DNA of 64,000 nucleotides, from NCBI GenBank assembly GCA_050613775.1, contig JBODTK010000115.1, positions 310,001-374,000 on the forward strand. The letters are read 5' to 3'. The translations under genes were made by a program, and so were the position numbers. This document shows positions 13,388-25,700 of this stretch, piece after piece. How positions within the stretch are numbered: the stretch's first letter is position 1; the number at the start of each line of letters is the position of its first letter. The DNA is from Neocallimastix sp. 'constans'. Lineage: Eukaryota. The notes beneath the pieces were generated by a model. It did no database searches, had not been told where the DNA came from, and was given only the letters and a program-made list of their open reading frames with translations.

Positions 13388-13963
13388 ATGTCTATTATTT
13401 TATGTGATAAATCTCACCTTAAAGATTTAGTTGAATTTTATGAAGATGAAATTAGGTATTTAGAACAAAATATTAATTATCCAGATTGGAAATTAGGAAG
13501 TTATCCATCAGAAAGATCAATTTTAGGAGCTATTATGGCAAATAGTCAATATGCTTATATAAAAGATGGTGAGATTATTGGCGCTGTTGTATTAAACGAT
13601 GAACCAGGATGCAAATACGAAAATGCTAATATTGCTTGTAAATATAAGGAATATATGGTTATTCATGCTTTAGGAACTTCCCATAAATATTATAAAAAGG
13701 GAATTGCATCTGAAATTGTTAACTACTGTATTGAAAAGGCTAAAAAAGAAGGATATAAAGGAATTTACTGTGATGCCGCTCCTAAAAATACAGTTTCAAG
13801 AAATTTATTCCTTAAATTAGGTTTTAAGGATTTAGGAGTCTTTGATTTAGATAAAACAATTATTGGTATTCACAATGAAATATTAACTATAAAAGAATTA
13901 AAAAAATTAGTTCCAGACCTTGAACTACCAGTTGATTTTCATGTTTTTGAAATGGTATTTTAA
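13388..13963 (+). CDS. GNAT-family N-acetyltransferase (191 aa), copy 2
   Basis: Colinear close paralog of 3999-4574; motif A IHALGTSHKYYKKGIASEIVNYCIEKAKKEG. Confidence 0.9.
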   Translation: MSIILCDKSHLKDLVEFYEDEIRYLEQNINYPDWKLGSYPSERSILGAIMANSQYAYIKDGEIIGAVVLNDEPGCKYENANIACKYKEYMVIHALGTSHKYYKKGIASEIVNYCIEKAKKEGYKGIYCDAAPKNTVSRNLFLKLGFKDLGVFDLDKTIIGIHNEILTIKELKKLVPDLELPVDFHVFEMVF

Positions 13964-14863
13964 ATTTTTTTTTTTTTTTTTTTACTCTAAAATCGTAGAT
14001 AATTAAATTAAAATAATTATAAATAAATATTATTATATTTATTCTATTTCTATGGATATTATTTTAATTAATATATATATGTGAATAATTAAAGAGATAT
14101 AAAAATTATAATAGAAAAAAAAAAAAATAAAAATAAAAATAAAAAAATTAAAAAATTAAAAATAATAAGAACGTAAAAGAAAAATAAAAAAATAAAAAAA
14201 GCAAATATTAAATTAGATTTTAAAATGATAATTAATACCTAGATAAAAAATAAACAAATAAATAAATAAATAATAAATTTAGATATTAGAAAAATAATAA
14301 AATTAGAAATAAAATTATTATTAAATATTGTAAAATATATAATAAAATTAAAAAAAAAAAAAAAAAATAAATTCATATCTTTAGGTAAACATATATTTTA
14401 TTACTTTTTAATTGTGTATATAGAAGATTATTGTTATTAATATATATATAAATATATGTATGTATTTTTAACGTGTATATAGAATCATTATTAATTATAT
14501 ATATATATATATTTATTTTTTTATTTTTCTTTTTTTTTTTTTATTTAATATGTAAAAGTAAAAATTATTGTTAATAGTTTATATATTTTTTTTTTATTTA
14601 TTATTAATTATATCATTTCATTCCAAAAAAAAAAAAGTTTATTTTACAACAATAATTGTTATAAAGTTAGTTTTAATTTAGTATAAAATGTAAATCATTT
14701 TAAAATGATATTATCTTTTTTAACAATTTTTATTATTATTATTATTTTTATTTATTTAAAGAAATTTCAAAATTTATATTATATTTTCCTTCTTCCATTT
14801 TCCATTTTTTTTTTTTATTTATTTATTTATTCCACTTTTAATATATTTTTTAATTAATTACTT

Positions 14864-14905
<42 letters not shown>

Positions 14906-16101
14906 TGGTAGTATAATTTTTTTTTAAATTAATTTTTTTTTATTTTAAAATTAGAAATTAAAAAAAAAAAAAAAAAAATTAATAATTAATAAATACTCTT
15001 TTTATTATTTTATTTATTTATTAATATATTCTTCATTTATTATTATTTTTTTTAATTATTTAATTATTCAATTATTTATTAATTATTTATTAATTATTTA
15101 TTAATTATTTATTAATTATTTATTATTCAAATTATTATTTATTAATAAATATTTTATTTTTTTATTTTTTATTATTTATTATTTATTATTTATTAATAAA
15201 TTATTTATTATTTATTATTTATTAATAAATTATTTATTATTTATTATTTATTTATTTATTATTTATTAATAAATACTCTTTTTATTATTTATTATTTATT
15301 ATTTATTATTTATTTATTACTTATTTATTATTTATTATTTATTTATTATTACTTATTTATTATTTATTTATTAATAAATTCTTCTTTTATTATTTATTAT
15401 TTATTTATTAATAAATTCTTCTTTTATTATTTATTATTTATTTATTAATAAATTCTTCTTTTATTATTTATTATTTATTTATTAATAAATTCTTCTTTTA
15501 TTATTTATTATTTATTTATTAATAAATTCTTCTTTTATTATTTATTATTTATTATTTATTTATTAATAAATTCTTCTTTTATTATTTATTATTTATTATT
15601 TATTATTTATTAATAAATACTCTTTTTATTATTTATTATTTATTATTTATTAATAAATACTCTTTTTATTATTTATTATTTATTATTTATTAATAAATAC
15701 TCTTTTTATTATTTATTATTTATCATTTATTATTTTATTTTATTTTATTTCAATATGTAATTATTATAATTATAATAGTTATAATACTTTAATTCATATA
15801 AAATTAATATAGTTCTATATATTAGAATATATAATTAATAGATTACCTATTTCTTATAAATAGATTAGATTATTTATATTAGAAATAGAGGACTCTCTTG
15901 TAAAATTTCAGGAATTAGAATTATTATTTTAATTGTACGAATATTATAATTTTATTAATAAAATTTTCTAAACTACCATTATTTTAAAAACCCACTGCTT
16001 ATATAAATTATTGCACATAAAAGTCCCGCATATCAGAGGGAAAGCCTTATGAACATCACGTGTGATCTCATGATATAACAGGATAGAAACCTCCGATTAT
16101 T

Positions 16102-16135
16102 TGGTGCCATGCCGAGGGATTCGAACCCCGCCCTC
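16102..16135 (-). other. tRNA-derived 3' fragment (T-loop/B-box + acceptor 3' strand + CCA), His-like; not a complete tRNA gene
   Basis: Minus strand reads gagggcggggttcgaatccctcggcatggcacca; no D-arm or anticodon arm upstream. Confidence 0.55.
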
Positions 16136-16376
16136 TTTTTTAATTATTTATTGTTATTAAATTCTTTTTTTTTCTTTTCATTAATAATTAAAAAAATATA
16201 TATATATATATATATATATTCCACAAATTAAATATTAAAAGATTAATTAAATTATGATTGGTCAAAGCCATGTAATGTGGATAAAAAATCATTTATTTAT
16301 GTTTTTTTTTCATTATTAGTTAATATTTAAAATAATTTTATTATTAATTATTATTATCTATTAAAGGTATACTAAA

Positions 16377-16910
16377 ATGTCTATTATTTTATGTGATGAG
16401 TCTAACATTAAAGAATTAGTCGAATTTTTTAAGGAGGAGGTAGCATATTTAGATCAAACTTTTAATTATCCAAAATGGAAATTTGGTTTGTATCCATCAG
16501 AAGAATCAATTACTGAGGCTGTCACCAAGAAAGAACAATATGCTTATCTAATAGATGGTAAGATTGTTGGTGCTGTGGTCTTTAATGATAATCCAGGAGG
16601 CAAATATGAAAATGCTAACATTGTATGTAAACGTAATGAATATATGGTTATACATACTTTAGCAACTTCCCATAAATGTTACAAAAAGGGAATTGCTACT
16701 AAAATTGTCAACTTTTGTATTGAAAAAGCTAAAAAAGAAGGATATAAAGGAGTTTATTCTGATATCATACCAACCAATGTTCTCTCAAAGAATTTATTAA
16801 CTAAATTAGGTTTTAAAAATTTAGGAACATTTGATTTAGAAAGAGATGAATTAATAAAAGTTTTCCCAGAAGGAGTACCAACTTTTACTGTTTTTGAATT
16901 AGTATTTTAA
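16377..16910 (+). CDS. GNAT-family N-acetyltransferase (177 aa), copy 3, more diverged
   Basis: Same N-terminus MSIILCD, YPxWKxGxYPS motif and motif A IHTLATSHKCYKKGIATKIVNFCIEKAKKEG; 14 aa shorter near the C-terminus. Confidence 0.9.
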   Translation: MSIILCDESNIKELVEFFKEEVAYLDQTFNYPKWKFGLYPSEESITEAVTKKEQYAYLIDGKIVGAVVFNDNPGGKYENANIVCKRNEYMVIHTLATSHKCYKKGIATKIVNFCIEKAKKEGYKGVYSDIIPTNVLSKNLLTKLGFKNLGTFDLERDELIKVFPEGVPTFTVFELVF

Positions 16911-17018
16911 TTTTTTTTTTTTTTTTTTTTTTTTAAATAGATCAATTATTATAATCAATGATTATATTTATTTATTATTTAGAAAAATAGCAGTAAAGAA
17001 CTGTTTAAAAATAATTAA

Positions 17019-17065
<47 letters not shown>

Positions 17066-18474
17066 ATTATTATTATTATTTATTATATATAAATATTTAT
17101 TATATAATAAAACAATGATATAATTTGTAAAAAAAAAAAAAAAAAAAAAATAAGAGAGAGGATAAAATAAAAAAAAAAAAAAAAAAAAAAAATAATAGTT
17201 TATGTATAAAAAAAAAAAAAAATAATAGTTTATGTATAAAAAAAAAAGTTTATTGTTTTATTAAATTCAAGTAAAAAATATTATAATTTATAATATTTCT
17301 GCTTAATAGATCGAATTTATATATGTATAATTATTGTACATTTTGTTATGTGCCTTACATATATATATAGTAGCTAAAAATATTGTAATACTAATTATAA
17401 AGTCTAAATAATAATAAAAACAATAAAAATAGCTTATGAAAAAAACAAATAAATAAAAAAAAAATAAGAAATTAAATCAAATTTTATATTTATAATTAAT
17501 TTTTAATTATATAATTCTTTTATATTATTATTATTATATAAAATGGGATTCAATGTTTATATTTTTCTCTTTTATAATTAATGGTTTATTTTTATTATTA
17601 GTAATTGATTTGAAGAAAAAGAATGTATGAGTAATAGTTATTTCTTTGAAATAATAATAATAATAATACCTAAATTAATTAATAATATTTAAATGTAATT
17701 CTTATATACACATATATATATAAAAAAAAAATAATAAGATGAAGTACGGAGATACCTAAATATATTCATTTTTTTTTTTTTTTTTTTTTTTTTTTATCAT
17801 TATGTTAATTTAATAAATTGATAATAGTCATAAATCTTTTAAAAAATATATTTTATTTTATTACTGTATAATACTATTTTTTTTTTTTTTTTTTAATTAT
17901 ATAACTATTCTTTTATCATATTTTTTTTATATAATTATTCAAAATGATTCATACATACATACTTACTTTCTTTTTTTATCACTATGTTGATATAATAAAT
18001 TAATAATAATAATAGTAATAAATTTTTTAAAAAATATATTTTATTTTATTTTATTACTGTATAATATTATTTTTTATTTTTTAATTATTCTTTTATTATA
18101 TATATATATTTTTTTTCATAGAATTATTCAAAAATGATTCATACATATGTATATAACTTTTACATAACTATTTATTATAAATATATAGCTATTAAGGTTT
18201 TATATAACATTTTTCTAATATTTCAAGGTGACCAATTCTTCAATCTATTTTCATATTTTAATGGTAATAATTTGAAATATAAATTATTTTAAATTACTAT
18301 TATTATTTTTTTTTAATAATTTAATATTTATATAATAATTGACAAAGAAATAAAAATATAATAAAATAAAGTAAAATAAAATAAAATAATAAAGTTGAAA
18401 AATATATAAAAAAAAAAAGATTATATATTTTCTTGAAAATTTAAAGTTAAATATGTTTCATATTATATAAATGA

Positions 18475-18532
<58 letters not shown>

Positions 18533-18823
18533 TTAATATTAATAATAAATATCCTTCCCTATGTTTTTCTTTATTATTTTTTAATTTTATTTTTTTATTT
18601 TTAATTTTTTTTCTTTCTATTTGCTTATTGTGATTGTGAAATATATATATATATATATTTTTATTATTTAAAAAATAAAAATAAAAATAAAAAAAAAAAT
18701 AAAAATAAAAATAAAAATAAAAATAAAAATAAAAATGAAAATAAAAATAAAAATAAAAATAAAAATAAAAATAAAAATAAAATAAAGTAGAATAAAACAA
18801 AACTAATAAAATAAAATAAAAAA

Positions 18824-18878
<55 letters not shown>

Positions 18879-18892
18879 ATATTATTGAAGAT

Positions 18893-19151
18893 TTTTTTTT
18901 TTTTTTTTTTTTTTTTATAGACTGAAGACTTTGGTCTTCCCCATATAGTAATATGGGTGTATGATTAACTGCCATACCGGTACGGCGTCGACGCTCTCAA
19001 CTCCCCATAAGCAAAGAAACTCCATATAGAAGCACCCTGCGCGATCCTCGAGGGAAAGCAGAGCCAACTATAGGTGGCGTCCTTGCCATCCCAGAGGAGC
19101 TGGACACTGTAAATCCTCTCAGACAAGGCTTACGCAATGGGATTCTTATAG
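18893..19151 (-). mobile_element. short retroposed element (SINE or 5'-truncated LINE) with poly(A) tail and 12-bp target-site duplication
   Basis: attattgaagat at 18881-18892 and 19152-19163 flanks a GC-rich segment starting with a T run on +; terminal hairpins cccata/tatggg and gaagac/gtcttc. Confidence 0.8.
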
Positions 19152-19264
19152 ATTATTGAAGATAGATAAGGTATTTTATATAATATATATGTTTTGTTCA
19201 TTTGTTAGTATTTTACTAATGAGCAAAGATAAAAAAATCAAAAGTTTAAAAAAAAATCAAAGTT

Positions 19265-19520
19265 TATTGATATAAAATAAAGATAAAAACCTTAATAATT
19301 AATAAATTATTTTATTAATCATTACATAAAAATAAATTAATAAATCATTAAATTATCACTTGATTAATTATCATATGATTTATAAAATGATCAAAATAAT
19401 AACGTGATATAGGATAAATTTATGTAATGTCATAAATTCTATAAAATACCTAAAATTAATGTAAACATAAATTTTATATCATAAATTTTTTTGGTATGTA
19501 AATATGTAAATAATTTATAT
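19265..19520. repeat. dispersed ~250-bp repeat, inverted partner of 46177-46412
   Basis: e.g. aataacgtgatataggataaatttatgtaa here vs ttacataaatttatcttatatcacgttatt at ~46267. Confidence 0.75.
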
Positions 19521-19574
19521 TTAAGTTTTATTTTATTATTTGAACTTTACAATATATAATATAAATATATAATA

Positions 19575-20080
19575 TTTTATTATTTATTATTTATTATTTA
19601 TTATTTATTTATTATTTATTTATTATTTATTATTTATTATTTATTATTTATTATTTATTATTTATTATTTATTATTTATTTATTTATTATTTATTATTTA
19701 TTATTTATTATTTATTTATTATTTATTTATTATTTATTATTTATTATTTATTATTTATTTATTATTTATTATTTATTATTTATTATTTATTATTTATTAT
19801 TTATTATTTATTATTTATTATTTATTATTTATTATTTATTATTTATTATTTATTATTTATTATTTATCATTTATTATTTATTATTTATTATTTATTATTT
19901 ACTATTTACTATTTATTATTTATTATTTATTATTTATTATTATTATTTATTTATTATTATTATTTATTATTTATTAATAAATACTCTTAATTATTATTTA
20001 TTATTTATTATTTATTATTTATTATTTATTATTTATTATTTATTAATAAATACTCTTAATTATTATTTATTATTTACTAT
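19575..20080. repeat. (TTATTAT)n heptamer satellite
   Basis: Direct reading of the sequence. Confidence 0.9.
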
Positions 20081-20414
20081 TATATATTTTATTATTTGAA
20101 CTTTACATATATAATAAATAATAAAATATTTTATATTTTATATTTATATAATATAAAAATTATTTAAATAATAATATTTTAATACAAATATATATATATA
20201 TATTTTTTATTTTTTAATCATTTATGGTATATAAAACTTTTTTTTTTTTTATTCTTTTTATTAATAAAAAGAAAAGACATAAAAAAAAAGTTATATAATT
20301 AATTTTACACTTTTTGATCCCTTTTTTTTATTTATTTTTTTTTAAAGAAAAAAAAGAAAAAATAAACGAAAAAATAAAAAAAGGTTAAAAGTTTGAAATT
20401 TATATAATTAACTT

Positions 20415-20866
20415 TTGTTTCTATTTTATATTTTTTATATTCTATTCTAATATTTAATTGAATTTGTCACGTCACAAACAATTTAATTTATTTAATAATT
20501 TATGGTTACACACATCTTTCTATTTTTGGTTAAAATTTTATTTTAATTAATTATCATCAAAAAAAAAATTTAAAAAAAAAATTAAAAAAAAAATTTAGAA
20601 AATAGAAAATTAAATAAATAAATAAACAAAAGATTAAAAATTGTTTCTATTTTATATTTTTTATATTCTATTCTAATATTTAATTGAATTTGTCACGTCA
20701 CAAACAATTTAATTTATTTAATAATTTATGGTTACACACATCTTTCTATTTTTGGTTAAAATTTTATTTTAATTAATTATCATCAAAAAAAAAATTTAAA
20801 AAAAAAATTAAAAAAAAAATTTAGAAAATAGAAAATTAAATAAATAAATAAACAAAAGATTAAAAA
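20415..20866. repeat. near-perfect 226-bp direct tandem duplication
   Basis: ttgtttctattttatatttt...ttgtcacgtcacaaac...ggttacacacatc starts at 20415 and again at 20641. Confidence 0.9.
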
Positions 20867-20984
20867 TAATAATTCAATAATAAATAATAAATAAAAATAA
20901 ATAAATAAACAAAAGATTAAAAATAATAAATAAATAAATAAATAAAAATAAATAAATAAACAAAAGATTAAAAATAATAATTCA

Positions 20985-21380
20985 ATAATAAATAATAAAT
21001 AATAAATAATAAATAATAAATAATAAATAATAAATAATAAATAATAAATAATAAATAATAAATAATAAATAGTAAATAATAAATAATAAATAATAAATAA
21101 TAATAAATAAATAATAAATAATAAATAATAAATAATAAATAATAAATAATAAATAATAAATAATAAATAATAAATAATAAATAATAAATAATAAATAATA
21201 AATAATAAATAATAAATAATAAATAATAAATAATAAATAATAAATAATAAATAATAAATAATAAATAATAAATAATAAATAATAAATAATAAATAATAAA
21301 TAATAAATAATAAATAATAAATAATAAATAATAAATAATAAATAATAAATAATAAATAATAAATAATAAATAATAAATAA
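20985..21380. repeat. (ATAATAA)n heptamer satellite, reverse complement of the 19575-20080 array
   Basis: Direct reading of the sequence. Confidence 0.9.
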
Positions 21381-22781
21381 AAATATTTGATATATTAAAA
21401 TATTACATAACAGAATAATAAATTATTAACTAATAAATATTAGAAACATTAATTAATAATTAATATATGATAGATAATAAATAATAAATATATATGTATA
21501 CAATATATATATAAATAAAACTATTTAATAGTATAATAAATAAGATTTAAAAAAAAAAAAATTATTACCATATTCTACATTAAACCTTTTTTTTTTTTTT
21601 TTTTTTTTCCATTTTTTTATTACATTATATAATGATTTTAATTAAGATAATTATTAATTAATTTATTAATTAATTTATTAAATTGATTTGAATTTCTTTT
21701 TCTGGATGTAATTTTTTTTTTTTTTTTGTGTATTTTTTTTTTTTTTTGTGTATTTTTTTTTTAAATATTTAATCAAAATTTTTAATGTTCAATATAAATA
21801 CAAATAAAATTATTACAAATAGTATATATCATTGTTTCAATTTAAATATATATTTATTTATTAGATTAGATTTTTTTTTTTTTTAACAACCAAAAAATAT
21901 TATTCAATTTTAATTTTTATTAAATTATTTATTATTTAAATTTAATTTAATTAAATATATTAAATAAAGTTTTTTTTACACTAAAAAATAATGTAAATGA
22001 AATTTAATTAAAAAAATAATTTTTTTTTTATTTTTTTTTTTCTATTTTTTTAATTTAATTTAATTTAATTTACTTATGGAACTTATCAATTCATATTTTA
22101 TAGAGATCAATCCTTTTATAATGAATTAAGTTTATGAAAAAAAAATAATAATAATAAAAATTAAAATTTAAAATTTTATAATAATAAAAAAAAAAATTTC
22201 CAAATTATATTAATGTTGTTTTTTATTTATTTATTTATTTATTTATTTTTTCTATACTAATTTTTATTTAAAAATTATTATTTATTTATTTATTTTTTTT
22301 TTTTATTTTATTTTATTTTAAATTATAAAAAAAAATAAAAAAAAAAGGTTAATAAATTATTTCACTTGTAGCTTTAATTCAAATATTAAAATATTTTGAA
22401 TTAAAGATTAAGAAAAAAAAAAAAGTGATAAAAAAAAATTAAAATTAAAAAATAAAACTAATAGATAGTACAATAGTTAATAAACATAAATTTTTTTTTT
22501 TTTGTTTTTTTGTTTTGTTTTGTTTTTACTGTTCTTTTTTTTAAAATTTTATAATACTATTCTTTATATATATATATATTTAAATAATTTAATACAAATA
22601 ATACAAATAATAAGTTTTTTTTTTTTTTTTTTTTTTTGTTTGTTTTGCTTTGTTTTTATTTTGGTTTTTGTTTTTGTTGTTTCGTTGGTGGTGATGGTGT
22701 TTGGTTGGTTTTTTTTTTTTTTTTTTGGTTAATTTATTTATTTTTTTTTTTTTACTTGTTTTTTTATTTTTATTTTCATTT

Positions 22782-25700
22782 TTAATTTTTAAGTGGAACT
22801 GGCCAGTAAGTGGAACGTTGGAATGGATAGGTTGGTAATTCTATTTTATGAACTGGACATGCTTTTTGAGTTTCAGCTTCCACTCTACTATTCACTACCT
22901 TCCAATTAATGTTTTGTCCATTTTCATATTCATTCATAATGAATTGATCGAAAAGACTCTTCTTTGTACCATCATCAAAGAATTCGATAATATTAAGTGA
23001 TGATGGGGATTCCGATATAATTTCTTGGTCCCCATTCATACTGTAAAGCGTCATATCCTTACTCTTTGGACCATATTTATTAATAAAGATAGAATAGTCA
23101 TTCTTTTTCACTTCATTCTTACGCTTCATGATAGTAGAAATATCTTCAAAGGAGAGACTTTCTCCATTCTTGAATTCTTTTTCAAGAGATGGAATAAAGA
23201 CTGTCTTTTGGAATTTTGGAATAGATTGCTTTCCGAACCAGGAAGAAAGATCACTACCATTCTCAGTAGCAGTTTGAATTAAGGAAATGGCTGAACTGAA
23301 AGATAATCCTCCACTAAGAACTAAACTTATTATTTCTCCAAATCCAAATCCTCCATAAATCTTCTTACTACTGTTATTCTTTATCATTATGGATTCGACA
23401 AGTTGATGTAAACTGTAATAGAAAGAAAGGATAAAGAATGAATTATTGAGTTCGCTTTCCTTTCCATTCTTTTCTTCTTCTATCATTTGTTTTAAGGAAA
23501 TGCCTTCAGCAATCTTTTGAATTTCAGAGTCACAGAATTCGAATGTCTTCTTGAAACTATTTTCAGTAGATAAGAGCTCCTTAACGGTATCATAGACCTT
23601 TTTAGGAATTTGAAGATCACCAGCATTTTCAGAATAAATTTCAAGATGTTGAGAAATACCATTACTTTTGGAAGCAACCTGTTTGAATATAGCTTCACTA
23701 TTATCTTCATCATCATCAAAGATTTCCATTTTTTTCTCAAGATCATCATAGAGTTCATGAGCATTCTTACCAATCGCTGAAATTCTATAATCGAAATGTT
23801 GACGACCAACATTTGAAGTGTAACAGAGATCTTCAATATTTTCTTCATTATCTTCCATACCTTCAAGGAAGTTCAAATAACTTTCACATAATTCATTCAA
23901 AGCCGCTGGAGTTTTAGCACTAATGGTTAAGATATGATCTTCTTTACTATCCTTACTCTTCTTAACATCTTCTTCCTTTCCATTTTCTGGAATATATTCT
24001 TGAAGAATGATATGAACAATACTACCTTGTAAACCAAAGGAAGATACTTGAGCAATACGTGGTTTGTTATCTTGTGTTTCCCATGGCATGGTTTTGGTAG
24101 CAATTTGAATTGGAATGGAATGAATATCAATTTCTGGATTAAGCGTATTGAAATGTAAATTCTTTGGAATATATTTATGTTGCATGGCTAAAATGACCTT
24201 AGCCATACCAGCTAAACCAGCGGCTTCATTAGTATGTCCAATGTTTGTTTTCACACTACCAATCACTAATGGATTTTCTTCGGTGTGACTACCTCCATAA
24301 ACTTGATTAAGGGCGTCAACTTCAATGGCATCACCAAGTGGAGTACCAGTACCATGAGCTTCAACAAAAGAAACTTCAGATGGATCAACACCTGCAAATT
24401 TAAGTGCTCTCTTCAAGTTAAGTACTTGACCATCAGAAGATGGTGCACTAATCGATTGTCTTAAACCACTTTGACCACTACTGGTACCAAGGATAACTGA
24501 AAGAATATTATCTCCATCACGAACAGCATCTTCAAGACGCTTCAAAATAAACGTAACACAACCTTCACCTGGTGCAAAACCATCAGCATCCTTATCAAAC
24601 GTGGCACAACGACCATGAGGAGAGGTCATACGAGCAACACTGGTTCTATGGAATTCAGAGGCAGAATATAAATATTTAACTCCGGAAACCACTGATAAGT
24701 CACAATCTCCAAATTGTAAGGAACGACAAGCAGAGTGGAGGGCAGAAGCACCTGTAGAACAAGCAGTATCGATAGTAAAGGAAGGTCCGAAAAGTTTATA
24801 GAAGTAACTGAGACGGCCAGCAATACCACTTGGAGTAGAATGTGCTGAAATAGGTTGAGCGATACCGTTTTCTTTCAATAAATCTTGATAGTCATGATCA
24901 TCATTTACACCCACGAAAACACCAGTGGTGGTATTTTCTAAGGTATTTGGAGCAATACCTGCATTTTCGAAAGCTTCCCAACTCGTTTCTAAGACCCAAC
25001 GTTGTCTTGGATCCATACTATTGACTTCTTCAGGTAAACAGTTGAAGAATTCTGCATCAAATTCAGAAGGTTTAGCTGCATTTGAACGAGAATCGTAGCA
25101 ACCACATTTTGGAATATTATGTTCATTTTCTCCTAAAAGATTAGATGGTTTATCCACATAACCAAGGTGTAATTTTCTATCCTTGACTGGAGCCAAGACA
25201 CAATCTCTACCTTTGGCTAAAGACATCCAGAACGATTTAGAATTATTGATGGCACCAGGTAAACGAAGAGCCATACCAATCACTGCCACTCTTTTATCCA
25301 TCGAAACATCCTTAATCGATTTTGGAAGGGAAGAAAGAGGAGAAGCTTTCTCTTTCAACTTTTTATCATAACCAGTAATATATCTCGCAAGATCATATGG
25401 AGTACCATAGTTAAATAAGGTGGAAGCAGAGAATGGTTTTAAGGTCTTTCGATTTAAAACACTAGTTAATTTTCTGGTAGCAAGAGAATCAATACTGTAG
25501 ATAGTAAATGGTGCATTAATATTGAAATCTTCAAAATCTGGAGTAGAAGGAATAATTTCTTTAATGGATTCATAAACAATCATTACTGCTTTTTGAATTT
25601 CTTCATTAATTTCTTCTTCTGTTTTATTCTCTGTAACAATTTCAGTTTCTTTCTCTGTTTGAACATTGGTTTCTTTTTCATTTTCTGTAATTGAATTATC

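Noticed and set aside
16102..16135. Functional tRNA gene
   Set aside because: Only the 3' portion is present; the upstream sequence is an A/T tract with no D or anticodon arm
18918..19025. Possible hammerhead ribozyme (CTGAAGA ... GAAAC)
   Set aside because: Could not build stems I-III with the correct register around the core
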